Below, in pieces: positions 9,785 through 19,012 of a stretch of DNA of 64,000 nucleotides (the first letter of the stretch is position 1; the number at the start of each line of letters is the position of its first letter). The translations under genes were made by a program, and so were the position numbers. The notes beneath the pieces were generated by a model. The model saw only the letters and a list, made by a program, of their open reading frames with translations, was not told the DNA's origin and did no database searches. Source of the DNA: a virus (Duplodnaviria; Caudoviricetes); the IMG/VR virus record IMGVR_UViG_3300018719_000041, positions 2,037-66,036 of that record; one strand, written 5' to 3'.

Positions 9785-10008
9785 TAGCGTTGTCCCTTGT
9801 TGGAGCCGACGCCGAGCTGCTCGGCCGTCAGGCGGTGTTCGTCATTGGGGTCACGCGCCGGCTTGCTGCCGGTCACGTCAGCCACGAAGGCTGCCCGGGC
9901 TCGCACGGCCGGATCCGGGCTGGTCGCTGCCGCAAGCAGCTTCCGGGCGGTGTCCTGGCGCATGCGGTTCATTTCGAGGGAGAAGGCGAGGGGGGCGGCG
10001 GTCATCAC
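9784..10008 (-). CDS. Hypothetical protein
   Basis: Translationally coupled in the operon. Confidence 0.6.
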   Translation of the reverse strand: MMTAAPLAFSLEMNRMRQDTARKLLAAATSPDPAVRARAAFVADVTGSKPARDPNDEHRLTAEQLGVGSNKGQR

Positions 10009-10229
10009 GCGATCTCGCCATTGGCCGTGGCGCGCAGCTCGCGCGCCCGGTCGGTCGCCGCGTCGAGTCCGGCCACGATCTCATCGGCAAGGAAGTTGGA
10101 TTGCATCAGCTGCCGGATGCAGGCGCGCTCATCGCCAAGGTCGACACCACTGCCCGACAGGATCGCCGCCATGGTTTCGACCGGCGGCGGGGGCAGGGGT
10201 ATGCTGAACTTGTTCTTGGCAAAGGGCAT
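10005..10229 (-). CDS. Hypothetical protein, first gene of the early-left operon
   Basis: GGAGAG RBS upstream; follows the PL-like promoter. Confidence 0.6.
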   Translation of the reverse strand: MPFAKNKFSIPLPPPPVETMAAILSGSGVDLGDERACIRQLMQSNFLADEIVAGLDAATDRARELRATANGEIA

Positions 10230-10256
10230 GTCGTCTCTCCGTGTTGCACAAAGAGA

Positions 10257-10305
10257 TTGCCCATTTGGCAAAAACAGTCAACCAGGAAAAATGCCCAATA
10301 GGCAA
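10257..10305 (-). promoter_or_regulatory. PL-like promoter with repressor operators (OL)
   Basis: Minus-strand -35 TTGACT (10276-10281); operators TTGCCCATTTGGCAA (10257-10271) and ATGCCCAATAGGCAA (10291-10305). Confidence 0.75.
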
Positions 10306-10569
10306 AGTTATTTGCCGACGGGGTCGCGCGCGTGGAGTGCGAACTTCCCTATGGAGGCGCTGTTCAACAGCGTCCTCCATTCCAGAGAGTGTAGTTATAT
10401 AGGTTAGTACCTATACCCCGCGTGTGCGTGCTGGATGAATCCGCGCGCGTGAAAGGTTCCAGGTCCCGGTTGCCGGTTTCCGCAGGAGGGCGGCCTTGAG
10501 GGCCGCCCTGTGGATACCGGGGAGAATGGAGGCTGGGAATCGACTCCTGAAACGATATTCCAGACACTG

Positions 10570-10584
10570 GAACCTATAGGGAAC
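10570..10584 (+). promoter_or_regulatory. Alphaproteobacterial LexA (SOS) box
   Basis: GAAC-CTATAGG-GAAC, exact GAAC-N7-GAAC, 21 nt before ATG 10606. Confidence 0.7.
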
Positions 10585-10605
10585 AAATTCTCGATTGGTA
10601 GGGGC

Positions 10606-10845
10606 ATGCAGGGCAAGCAGAGCTTTGACGGGAGCCTTCCTAAGGTGCTGTCCGTTTCGATCACCTGTGACGATTGCGGTCGCACCAGGCGCATGTTCCG
10701 GGAGGGAATCGTGGTTCTGCAGGGGCGGGGTCTACAGACGATCTCGGATATGTACCGCTCGATGCACTGCAGCTATTGCCGCTCCTTTGGCGGGCTCGGA
10801 GACAACTTCATCATCAAGCCGGTGCTGGTCGGCAGGTGTCACTAG
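10606..10845 (+). CDS. Small Zn-ribbon protein, probably SOS-inducible
   Basis: CDDC...CSYC; RBS AGGGG; converges on the cI 3' end. Confidence 0.7.
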   Translation: MQGKQSFDGSLPKVLSVSITCDDCGRTRRMFREGIVVLQGRGLQTISDMYRSMHCSYCRSFGGLGDNFIIKPVLVGRCH

Positions 10846-11594
10846 CTCAGGCCGGAAAGAACGATCTTGTGAACGGAGATCACCCTATCGGCCGGGAAGC
10901 GCATGAGGTGGTCTTCTCCCTCCGGAGGGGTGAACTGCTCGAGCACCAACTCGCGCCCATTCTTGGAGATGAACTTCTTCACGAAGCCAAGGGGCGGTTC
11001 GCCGGGGTCGTCGTTCTGGATCTGGGCGACGACGAAGTCGCCGCTGCGCACCGGCAGGTGCGGATGCACCCAGGCCGTCTCGCCGGCATAATAGCGGGGC
11101 TCCATGGAGCTGCCATGGATGAACACGGCATAGGCGTCACGGACATTTTCGAGCGCGGGCGGGCAAAGGACATCGGCCAATCGCTGCCCATTCAGGATGA
11201 AACGACCGTCATCGCCACCCACGGCCTGCCCATAGACCGGAAGGCGGCGGCGCGGGAACCTCGCGGGCTCGCCGAACGTGGCGTTCGCCTCAGCTTCCGC
11301 AGCAGAATCTTGTCTGGGGGGTGGCTGCCGAACCAACTCGTCGATCATGGCTTTCTCGTCATCCGAGACCGGCGACTGAACAGAGGCATCAGGGACCAGA
11401 TCGCGAGCCTGAACCTTAAGGGCGGCCGCGACCAAGCTCAGATTTTGGATCGAGACGTTCCTCTTTCCGCCTTCCATGCGGGACAAGTATGAGGGCGAGA
11501 TGCCGGTCAGCTCCGCGAGCTCTTCGAGGGTGACCCCCTTCGCCTTGCGGATCTCTCTGATTTTGTTCGGGAAGACGGTTTCGTTTTTGCCCAT
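10842..11594 (-). CDS. cI: CI-like repressor (XRE HTH + S24 peptidase)
   Basis: HTH TLEELAELTGISPSYLSRME; GSSMEP catalytic Ser; VKK catalytic Lys. Confidence 0.92.
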   Translation of the reverse strand: MGKNETVFPNKIREIRKAKGVTLEELAELTGISPSYLSRMEGGKRNVSIQNLSLVAAALKVQARDLVPDASVQSPVSDDEKAMIDELVRQPPPRQDSAAEAEANATFGEPARFPRRRLPVYGQAVGGDDGRFILNGQRLADVLCPPALENVRDAYAVFIHGSSMEPRYYAGETAWVHPHLPVRSGDFVVAQIQNDDPGEPPLGFVKKFISKNGRELVLEQFTPPEGEDHLMRFPADRVISVHKIVLSGLS

Positions 11595-11678
11595 AAGACA
11601 ATCTTTCCACATTGGAGAGATCGTCTCTACCGCCTAATTGGCAAACAAACCGTTGACAAATATTTGCCAAATGGGCAA
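11587..11678. promoter_or_regulatory. OR/PR control region
   Basis: -35 TTGACA at 11653; operators TTGCCAAATGGGCAA (11664-11678), CCGCCTAATTGGCAA (11630-11644) and TTGCCCATAAGACAA (11587-11601). Confidence 0.75.
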
Positions 11679-11711
11679 GTTGCCGCGATGGTTAACAAAT
11701 CGCGGTGTTCT

Positions 11712-11978
11712 ATGAACTCCCTCGAACGCTACTTCTCAGCCTCTGGCGAGAACATCCGCAAGCTGGCGGACCGCATGAATGTCTCGCCGTCGACTCTTAC
11801 GCGCCCGCTCAAGGGAGAGCGGAACGCCAGCATGGACCTGGCTCTGAAGGTGGAGGAGGCGACAGGCAAGCGGGTCTCCGCCGGGGAATTCCTCGAAATC
11901 TGCCTTGAAGCCAAACGGACATTCTTTGGGCGCCAAGCTGCAGGCTCCGACACCACCGAAGCCGGGGCAAGCGAATGA
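11712..11978 (+). CDS. Cro-like HTH regulator
   Basis: Divergent from cI; LADRMNVSPSTLTR..KGER HTH. Confidence 0.8.
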   Translation: MNSLERYFSASGENIRKLADRMNVSPSTLTRPLKGERNASMDLALKVEEATGKRVSAGEFLEICLEAKRTFFGRQAAGSDTTEAGASE

Positions 11979-12220
11979 GCGCAGCCAGCGACCTCTATGT
12001 GCTGGGCCGCAGGCAGGCGCAGACCCGCCTCGCCGAACTCCGCCGACTGCACGGAGCGGCCTCTGCCGGCATCATCGCCGAGGGATGGCTGCGTGGCATC
12101 CGCGACGAACTTCAAGAATTCCTTGGGGCTGAGGAAGCCTACCAAGTGATCCAGCGGCAGGCCGATAGCGCAGCAGAGCCGCTTCTTCTCTCCAGAGCCA
12201 ACGACATCCTGAAAGGTTGA
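11975..12220 (+). CDS. Hypothetical protein
   Basis: ATGA overlap with the cro-like gene. Confidence 0.6.
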   Translation: MSAASDLYVLGRRQAQTRLAELRRLHGAASAGIIAEGWLRGIRDELQEFLGAEEAYQVIQRQADSAAEPLLLSRANDILKG

Positions 12221-12223
12221 ACC

Positions 12224-12640
12224 ATGCCCAGGGGCAAGAAATCCTCGCAACAGTCCGCATCCGGTACCAACGGCTTCGAGCCTTCCGTTCTGCAAGACAT
12301 CGTCAGCCGCTTGGACGAGCTCGACGCAACGCTTGCCTCGGAGAAGGGCAAGTACATGAAGCGGTGCCGCGAGATCGCCGAAGAGCGCAAGGGCATCATG
12401 ACCGAGGCCAAAGCTCGCGGCATTCCTCTGAAGCCTCTGAAAACAGAACTCAAGATCCGTAAGCTCTCTCACAAGATCGAGGAGATGCGATCCGAGCTCG
12501 AGCCCGATGATATGGATCAAGCCGTTCTCATTCGCGAAGCCCTCGGAGACTATGCGGATCTCCCGCTTGGCGCCGCGGCTGTCGCGGCGAATGAGAGGCG
12601 GCGCGCCGATTCCGAACTCATGGACGACCTGGCTGGGTGA
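12224..12640 (+). CDS. GapR-like (DUF2312-like) DNA-binding protein
   Basis: EIAEERKGIMTEAKARGI..K.LK...KIRK resembles the GapR core. Confidence 0.65.
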   Translation: MPRGKKSSQQSASGTNGFEPSVLQDIVSRLDELDATLASEKGKYMKRCREIAEERKGIMTEAKARGIPLKPLKTELKIRKLSHKIEEMRSELEPDDMDQAVLIREALGDYADLPLGAAAVAANERRRADSELMDDLAG

Positions 12641-13188
12641 CCATGACGACGATCCTCGGGCTCGATGTCGCGAACAGCATGGGCGTTTGTGACTGGACGG
12701 TCGGCCAGAAACCGACCTTCTACACGATCCAGCTCGGTCGCGAAGGCGATGACGCGAGCATCGACGGCGCCTGGACGAAGTCCTGCCGAGCGCTCCGCTG
12801 GATTGCGGAGCGGCTGCGCACGTTTCCACCGGATGAAGTGGTCATCGAGGCTCCGATCCCGGAACGGGCCCTTTCTGGCCAGACCAACGCTCAGTCGACG
12901 ATGGTCAAGATGATGCTGATCGGCACCCTTGGGGCTGCGGTGAAGCTGAAGCACATCCGTGTGACTCCGGCGAACATCCAGCGTGTCAGAAAGCATTTCA
13001 TCGGCCACGGCAATCTCAAAGGTGATGAGGCCAAGCGGCTTGTCCGCAGCGTCTGCCGCGAGATCGGCTGGGATTGCAACAACAACGACGAGTCCGACGC
13101 CGGTGCGCTCGCACACTGGCGCGCCTCCCAACTCGGCCTCCTCGTTCCGGATGTCCGTCCGTTCCATTACCGAAAGCTTGCCGCATGA
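12637..13188 (+). CDS. RuvC-like Holliday junction resolvase
   Basis: ILGLD, VVIEAP, RKHFIG.G and DESDA motifs. Confidence 0.8.
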   Translation: MTMTTILGLDVANSMGVCDWTVGQKPTFYTIQLGREGDDASIDGAWTKSCRALRWIAERLRTFPPDEVVIEAPIPERALSGQTNAQSTMVKMMLIGTLGAAVKLKHIRVTPANIQRVRKHFIGHGNLKGDEAKRLVRSVCREIGWDCNNNDESDAGALAHWRASQLGLLVPDVRPFHYRKLAA

Positions 13189-13550
13189 CGTTGTCCCCGC
13201 GCGAACTCATCGCCTGCCCGGGACCCGAGCTGCTCCAGCATTTCGTCGTCCTGATGGTCGATGCTGATGGAGACATTCGCGGGTTTCAGCAGCGCCTAGT
13301 TGAGCGCGCACGTCAATTGAAGCCATCGGCAGAAGCGCTCAACCGCGCCGATGCCTTTTTCGCCGTGCGACGCATGTTCGAGCACATGCTCGTCATTGGC
13401 GGCCGTGACGCAACCATTCGAGACCTTACCAGCACCGTTCGCGAGGCCCTTGAAGAGGCAGCGAACATGAGGGGCAGCCATGGACAACCAGAAGGCAACA
13501 CAACCTCCGACCCGCCGAGAGATCCTGATGAAGATCGCGGAGCTGGCTGA
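13185..13550 (+). CDS. Hypothetical protein
   Basis: ATGA overlap with the RuvC-like gene. Confidence 0.55.
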   Translation: MTLSPRELIACPGPELLQHFVVLMVDADGDIRGFQQRLVERARQLKPSAEALNRADAFFAVRRMFEHMLVIGGRDATIRDLTSTVREALEEAANMRGSHGQPEGNTTSDPPRDPDEDRGAG

Positions 13551-13881
13551 GGAAGGTTGCGATGCTGCCGAGATCGGCAAAGACATCGTAATCCCTCGCG
13601 CCCGGGTCATTCGCTTGGCGCGAACTGCGGGAATAAAGCTGGCAGGGGCAGGCGGGCGCCGCCGCATCAAGTGCGGGGTCAAGAACCGCTATGTCCGAAC
13701 ACTCGATCGCTTGGCCACGATGGCGCGCATCTCGCGCAGCAGCATGGCTGAACGCCTCCTATCCGCAATCCTTGAGGACGATGGCCGCGCCGCCGTCAAG
13801 CTGCTCGGCAAAGCTGCGCTGCCCAAGCGCCGGTACAAGCCCCGCACAATGAAAACAAACCGGAGGGAGATTGCACAATGA
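13480..13881 (+). CDS. Basic putative DNA-binding protein
   Basis: HTH-like AAEIGKDIVIPRARVIRLA; RBS GAGGGG. Confidence 0.6.
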   Translation: MDNQKATQPPTRREILMKIAELAEEGCDAAEIGKDIVIPRARVIRLARTAGIKLAGAGGRRRIKCGVKNRYVRTLDRLATMARISRSSMAERLLSAILEDDGRAAVKLLGKAALPKRRYKPRTMKTNRREIAQ

Positions 13882-14915
13882 CGCACAGGCTTAAGATCGA
13901 TCAGGTCGCGCCGCGCGATCAGAACATGGCGCTCATCGCCGAACTGGCCGGGATCATGTCGGATCTCGCGAATATGCAGGTTCGCGTCAGCCGGTTGTTC
14001 AAGCATCTCTCGACCACCGGCATTATGGCTTCGGCCCCGACCAACAGCGGGATAGCCGATGAAAACAGGAATCCACAATGCCCCTCTAACCGCGATGGAA
14101 GCGCGGACGGTGAGGCATCCTCGGGCGTAGTTCCGCAAGACGAAGCGCCCCAAGCCGGCACAGGTAGCGAGATGCTTGCGGACCGTGAGGGGCGCATCGC
14201 GAAGGGAGCCGGGGAGGAACATGCCTCGGCTCCCAATGCGCGCCCAACGCAGAAGGATCGCGTTCTTGACGTTTATGCGTCGACGACCCTGAACCAGGTG
14301 GAGATTGCAGGCCAGACGGGGGACAAGCTCTCCTCGGTTCGCGCTCAGATCAGCCTGGGACGCAAGGCCAAGGACGAACGTGTCCTGAAGGGCGATGCGG
14401 CACGAGCTGCGGCACGAGCTGCGTTCCTCGCGACCGACCCTGACGAAACGTTTGCCGCGGCAGTGGCCCTGACTGCGCCGGAGCCACCGCGGACCGTCGC
14501 GCCCAAGTCAAAGCCGGCCGCCGACGATGGGCCTCCCAGGTTCCGCCCGCCGAGTGCATCGCCGGTCAAGGCCATGGCACCCAAGGCCTTTGAGGCGCCG
14601 GCCGTGCAGGTCAAGCCGAGCATCGACATCGATGCCGACGTGATCATGGTGGTGGACGAGGCAAACCTTCAGATCTACGGCCCGTTGGGGGCGCTCAATG
14701 TGTCGCGGCCGCTGGCCTGCTCCCTGACGCGGCTTCAGGACGGCAATCTATACGACAACAAGCTCCTTCAGGCCGTCGGCGAATGGCCTTCCGAGACCTC
14801 GATGAAGGACCACTTCCGCGCCATGCGGAGCAAGCTCGCCAGGATCGGGGTCGACCTGTTCGAGGTCAAGAACTTCGGGTTCAAGGCGCGTCGGCTGGAG
14901 GGCTCCAATGCATGA
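13878..14915 (+). CDS. Hypothetical protein with HTH-like segments
   Basis: Operonic overlaps; C-terminal winged-helix-like MRSKLARIG...NFGF. Confidence 0.65.
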   Translation: MTHRLKIDQVAPRDQNMALIAELAGIMSDLANMQVRVSRLFKHLSTTGIMASAPTNSGIADENRNPQCPSNRDGSADGEASSGVVPQDEAPQAGTGSEMLADREGRIAKGAGEEHASAPNARPTQKDRVLDVYASTTLNQVEIAGQTGDKLSSVRAQISLGRKAKDERVLKGDAARAAARAAFLATDPDETFAAAVALTAPEPPRTVAPKSKPAADDGPPRFRPPSASPVKAMAPKAFEAPAVQVKPSIDIDADVIMVVDEANLQIYGPLGALNVSRPLACSLTRLQDGNLYDNKLLQAVGEWPSETSMKDHFRAMRSKLARIGVDLFEVKNFGFKARRLEGSNA

Positions 14916-15501
14916 GCCCGCGCGAAAGGTCGAAGCCCACCTGTGGGATCGTGATCCTGATGATTTCTACATAGAGCCGGAATGGGTGAACGAACGCCTC
15001 TTCCAGCTCGAGAAGTTCGAGGGCACCATCTGGGATCCTGCCTGCGGAATCGGCCGCGTCGTGCTGGCCGCACGGGCGGCCGGTTATGAAGCTTTCGGCT
15101 CGGATAAGATCCATCGTGCGGACGTCTGCTCCGTGCAGGCGAATTTCCTCGATCTGGTGGAGGTGCTCGGCGACAACATCGTCAGCAATCCGCCCTACAG
15201 CGACGACATCCTGCGGCCGTTCATCGAAAGAGCCCTGCGGCTTGCCCGCGGAAAGGTGGCAATGCTGCTGCCGACGGTATGGGCCAACGGCGCGGAGACA
15301 AGCGAGTGGCTGGAGTCCACGCCGTTGTATCGCGAGTACCGGATCGGACCGCGGCCCTCGATGCCGCCGGGCCGCGTGATCATGGCTGGTCACAAGCCGG
15401 GGGGCGGCAAGAAGGACTTTTCGTATTTCGTTTGGCTCCGCGGCTTTGACGGCAAGCCGACGGTTCACTTCCTGCGGAAGAACGGCAGACCGTCAAGATG
15501 A
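14908..15501 (+). CDS. DNA N6-adenine methyltransferase
   Basis: WDPACGIG (motif I) and SNPPY (motif IV). Confidence 0.85.
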   Translation: MHEPARKVEAHLWDRDPDDFYIEPEWVNERLFQLEKFEGTIWDPACGIGRVVLAARAAGYEAFGSDKIHRADVCSVQANFLDLVEVLGDNIVSNPPYSDDILRPFIERALRLARGKVAMLLPTVWANGAETSEWLESTPLYREYRIGPRPSMPPGRVIMAGHKPGGGKKDFSYFVWLRGFDGKPTVHFLRKNGRPSR

Positions 15502-16688
15502 GCTTCACCCCCAGCAAAGCCTATGAGGAATGGGTGGAGGAGGCGCGCTCGGTACCGGTCCTGAGCGAGCTTGAGCGCCGTGGCGTGAAGATGAGGGGAG
15601 GGACCGAACGTGCCGGCCCTTGCCCGGCCTGCGGGGGTGACGACCGGTTCAGCATCAACACCAGCAAGAACATCTTCAATTGCCGGGGCGCTGGTGGCGG
15701 CGATGTGATTGCCATGGTGGAGCATCTGGACGGCTGCGAGTTCCTGGCCGCTTGCGAGACGCTTACCGGCAGGCCTCCACCTGGGCGCGAGCAAGCAGAA
15801 TCCGAGGAAGAGAAGAAGGCGCGGGAAGAGCGGATCGCAGCCCGCAAAGCGGAGCGCCAGCGCCGCGAGGACGATGACCGGGCGCGCGAGGACGAGGAAC
15901 GGCGCGAGACACTGGCGTCCATTGAACGCATCTGGAACGAGTCCCGGCCCTTCGCGGGGTCACATGCCGCAAAATACCTGGAGGCGAGGGGACTGACACC
16001 CCCTGCGCGGCTGCTCGGAGATCTGCGGTTCGTACCGCAGCTCGGGTATCGAGGATACGCCAACGCTGAATCGGAAGAGACCGTGCCGCTCGGCTCCTAT
16101 CCCGCCATGATCGCGGCGATCCGCGACGTGAACGGCTCCATCATCGCCCTGCATCGCACCTACCTGGATCCATCACAGCCCGCCAAGTTGCAGCCGCCCG
16201 GTGATGTGAAGCGAAACAAATCCAAGAAGGTGATGGGTGAGGCCAAGGGCGGGATGATCCACCTGGGAGAGATCGGGGAGACTCTTGCCATAGGCGAGGG
16301 GATCGAAACCGTCCTGTCCTGGTTCGTGCTCGGGCTGGTGGACTACGAGGTCTCGCTTGCCACCTCGATTTCCCTGGGCAACCTGTCCGGCAGCGCGGCG
16401 GGCTCTCTGCCGCACCCGAGGCTGAAGCGCGAGGACGGCAAGCCTCGCCCGATCCCGAACGGCACCCCTGACCTGGAACGGCCAGGCATCGTCCTGCCGG
16501 CGCAGGTCAAGCGCGTGATCCTGATCGGCGACGGCGACAGCGACCCTGAAACCACGCGCGCCCGGCTGCTGGTGGCCGCGCGGCGATTCAGGCACCAGGG
16601 CCGGGAGGTCCTCGTATCGATGGCGCCTGATGGTTCTGATTTCAATGATGAGTTGATTAAGGAGCTCGGGCTTGAGGTGGCAGCATGA
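15498..16688 (+). CDS. Primase (Zn finger + Toprim)
   Basis: GPCPACGGDDRF, LHRTYL, IGEGIET, GDGD and DFND motifs. Confidence 0.88.
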   Translation: MSFTPSKAYEEWVEEARSVPVLSELERRGVKMRGGTERAGPCPACGGDDRFSINTSKNIFNCRGAGGGDVIAMVEHLDGCEFLAACETLTGRPPPGREQAESEEEKKAREERIAARKAERQRREDDDRAREDEERRETLASIERIWNESRPFAGSHAAKYLEARGLTPPARLLGDLRFVPQLGYRGYANAESEETVPLGSYPAMIAAIRDVNGSIIALHRTYLDPSQPAKLQPPGDVKRNKSKKVMGEAKGGMIHLGEIGETLAIGEGIETVLSWFVLGLVDYEVSLATSISLGNLSGSAAGSLPHPRLKREDGKPRPIPNGTPDLERPGIVLPAQVKRVILIGDGDSDPETTRARLLVAARRFRHQGREVLVSMAPDGSDFNDELIKELGLEVAA

Positions 16689-17164
16689 CACGAGGGCCCA
16701 TCACATTTCAGGAAGAACGCACCCCGTGCGGTGCTCCCGGTCTGCGCCCGGTCTACGTTCGCAGCACCTATCAGACCGGGACCCCAGCAGACTACCTCGC
16801 TGACTGCCTTGTCTCGCGTCCGAAACCCTGGATCCTCATCATCTGGGAACCGCTGTGCACGAAGGCCCCGGCTCCTCCCAAGGCCGCGCCATACTGCTGC
16901 TACATACAGACAGTCATCTTCTACCATTCCCCTTACATCAAACGCCCCTGGAGCCGCTTGTATCGGAATGGCCGGGGCGCGTTGCGCGCGGAATCCCCTG
17001 GCTCTTTTGAGCAATGGGACAAGATCGAGACACGCCTCACAGGCGGCGATGTGGTCGCCTTCGAGGCCGAGGAATTTGAGATCGGCGGCGGCCAAGTGGT
17101 TTGGGCTAAGGGCCGGTGGTGGATGGGCCGGGGAGCGCGCCGGAAACAGGTAGGGGCAGCATGA
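16685..17164 (+). CDS. Hypothetical protein
   Basis: ATGA overlaps on both sides. Confidence 0.55.
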   Translation: MTRGPITFQEERTPCGAPGLRPVYVRSTYQTGTPADYLADCLVSRPKPWILIIWEPLCTKAPAPPKAAPYCCYIQTVIFYHSPYIKRPWSRLYRNGRGALRAESPGSFEQWDKIETRLTGGDVVAFEAEEFEIGGGQVVWAKGRWWMGRGARRKQVGAA

Positions 17165-18504
17165 CCGAGCTCCCTCCCATCAAAACCCTAGAGGAATTCG
17201 AGAAGGAGACGACCCGGCTGATCAACCCGCCGGTCTCGAAACTGGGTCTCGTGCTCTGGTCCAATGTTGAGAAGAATATCGAGGCGCATGAGTACCTGGT
17301 CGAGGACCTGATCACGGCTGGCGAGGTCGCGCTGATCGGCGGCGATTCAGGCGCCGGAAAGACCTTCCTGACGCTCGATATGGCGATGAGCGTTGCACGC
17401 GGAGCGCCGTTCCTCGACAAGTTTCAGGTTAAGCAGGGTGGGGTGCTTTACCAGCCGGGCGAGGGCGCCCGTGGCCTCAGGACCTTGCGCATTCCGGCCT
17501 ATAAGCGGGTGCACGATCTTTGCGACGACGATCCGATCCCATTCGGTGTTCTCTCCTCGAGCGTGAACTTGTACCGGGACGATGCCGACACCGACAGCCT
17601 GATCAACGACATCAACCTTGCCGGGCAGCTTATGGGCTGCCCGGTGCGGCTCCTGGTGATCGATACCGTTTCCAAGGCCACCCCAGGAGCGGACGAGAAC
17701 AGCGGCAAGGATGTCGGGCCCGTGCTCGCGCGCTGCCAACGCATCCGTGACGCAACGGGCGTCACGGTGCTCCTCGTGGCGCATACCAATGCCAGTGGTG
17801 CCAAGATCCGCGGCCATACCTCCTGGCGAGCCGATGTCGATAGCGTCTTGATCTGCGCCCGCCGTACCGACGGCAAGAGCGTCGGCATGGATAAGGACGC
17901 CAACGGCCGCGAGATCCGTGACCTGCAGGTCGCGAAGCTTAAGGATGGTGAGGACGGCAAGAAGTACCCGTTCGTGCTCCGAGGGCATCTTCTGGGCGAG
18001 CGGCCGAACGGCAAGCCCCTGACATCATGCACCGTCGAGACGCCGGACATGGGGATGCTTAGGGATGCCCGTGAGGATGCCAGCCCGGCGGTGAAGCGCC
18101 TGTCCGACAAGCCCTACAACTATCTCAAGGCCATCGAGCAGGCCATTGAGGAGCACGGCGAAGCTCCGCCGCCTGAGGTGAAGCTGCCGTCCAGTGTCAT
18201 GGTCGTGAATCGCAAATACGTGCGGGATGCCTACGCCCTGCTTTACCAGGGGCAGGAGGACGATCCCGTCAAGCGCGATCAGAACATGCGGAAGGCCCGG
18301 GAACGCCTGGGCGAGGTTCTGCTAGCCCGTGGATATATGGGCCAGCACAAGGATTGGATCTGGCTGACCGGGAGGCACAAGCGCAGGGCGAATGTCACGC
18401 GCAATGCCGGAAATGTCACGGCGGACGGTGAAAACGTCACAAGCTCTGGCCGAAGCGTCACACCAAACACGGAAAGTGTCACGGATGATGATCCGGCCTG
18501 GTAA
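17161..18504 (+). CDS. RepA/AAA_25-type replicative helicase
   Basis: GDSGAGKT, LVIDT, GADENS, AH...RGHTS and KLKDG motifs. Confidence 0.88.
   Translation: MTELPPIKTLEEFEKETTRLINPPVSKLGLVLWSNVEKNIEAHEYLVEDLITAGEVALIGGDSGAGKTFLTLDMAMSVARGAPFLDKFQVKQGGVLYQPGEGARGLRTLRIPAYKRVHDLCDDDPIPFGVLSSSVNLYRDDADTDSLINDINLAGQLMGCPVRLLVIDTVSKATPGADENSGKDVGPVLARCQRIRDATGVTVLLVAHTNASGAKIRGHTSWRADVDSVLICARRTDGKSVGMDKDANGREIRDLQVAKLKDGEDGKKYPFVLRGHLLGERPNGKPLTSCTVETPDMGMLRDAREDASPAVKRLSDKPYNYLKAIEQAIEEHGEAPPPEVKLPSSVMVVNRKYVRDAYALLYQGQEDDPVKRDQNMRKARERLGEVLLARGYMGQHKDWIWLTGRHKRRANVTRNAGNVTADGENVTSSGRSVTPNTESVTDDDPAW
18391..18482 (+). repeat. Five ARYGTCAC repeats at exact 21-bp spacing (putative ori iterons)
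   Basis: GTCAC at 18394, 18415, 18436, 18457 and 18478. Confidence 0.7.
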
Positions 18505-18531
18505 GCCCATGGGGGCACCGAGGCAACAAAA

Positions 18532-18556
18532 AGGCCGGGGTGATGCACCCCGGCCT
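18532..18556. terminator. Intrinsic terminator between convergent genes
   Basis: AGGCCGGGGTG-ATG-CACCCCGGCCT hairpin preceded by an A-run (U-tract on the minus strand). Confidence 0.7.
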
Positions 18557-18598
18557 CTCGGCTTGCTCGAGTCCGCCGATTGTCCATGCGAACTCATT

Positions 18599-19000
18599 TC
18601 AAAGCGTGTCAGGCTCAATCCCAAGCGCCTTTGCGATCCGCTCGACAACGTCCCTGGTCGGGTTCTTACGTCCCGTTTCGATATCGCTGAGATAGCCCTG
18701 CGTGATGCCTGCGTCGTCAGCAAGCTCAACCTGGCTGCGTCCGAAGGAACGCCGGACAGCTCGGAGACGCGCCCCAGTTGGAAGGTGCTCTTCGGGCTTA
18801 GGTGGGCGGCCATCAGGTCCGGCGCGCACAAGCCCTTCCTCTCCGGATGCGATGCGCTGGCGGCCTTCAGCAATCAGGCGCTCGGTCATGCGATCCTCGG
18901 CCTCCTCGTCGCCCAGGCGGGCAAGCATGGCGTCATAGTCTCGGCGGGGGAGAACGACGAGTTCCTCGCCGCTATCGGTCTTGATGATCTGCGGGTTCAT
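18599..19000 (-). CDS. HigA-like XRE HTH antitoxin
   Basis: GEELVVLP..DY N-terminus; C-terminal HTH SQVELADDAGITQGYLSDIETG. Confidence 0.85.
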   Translation of the reverse strand: MNPQIIKTDSGEELVVLPRRDYDAMLARLGDEEAEDRMTERLIAEGRQRIASGEEGLVRAGPDGRPPKPEEHLPTGARLRAVRRSFGRSQVELADDAGITQGYLSDIETGRKNPTRDVVERIAKALGIEPDTL

Positions 19001-19012
19001 GATGATCCCCTC

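Noticed and set aside
10397-10414. Palindrome TATAGGTTAGTACCTATA near PL as a lux box
   Set aside because: Little resemblance to the luxI box, so it cannot be assigned to LuxR
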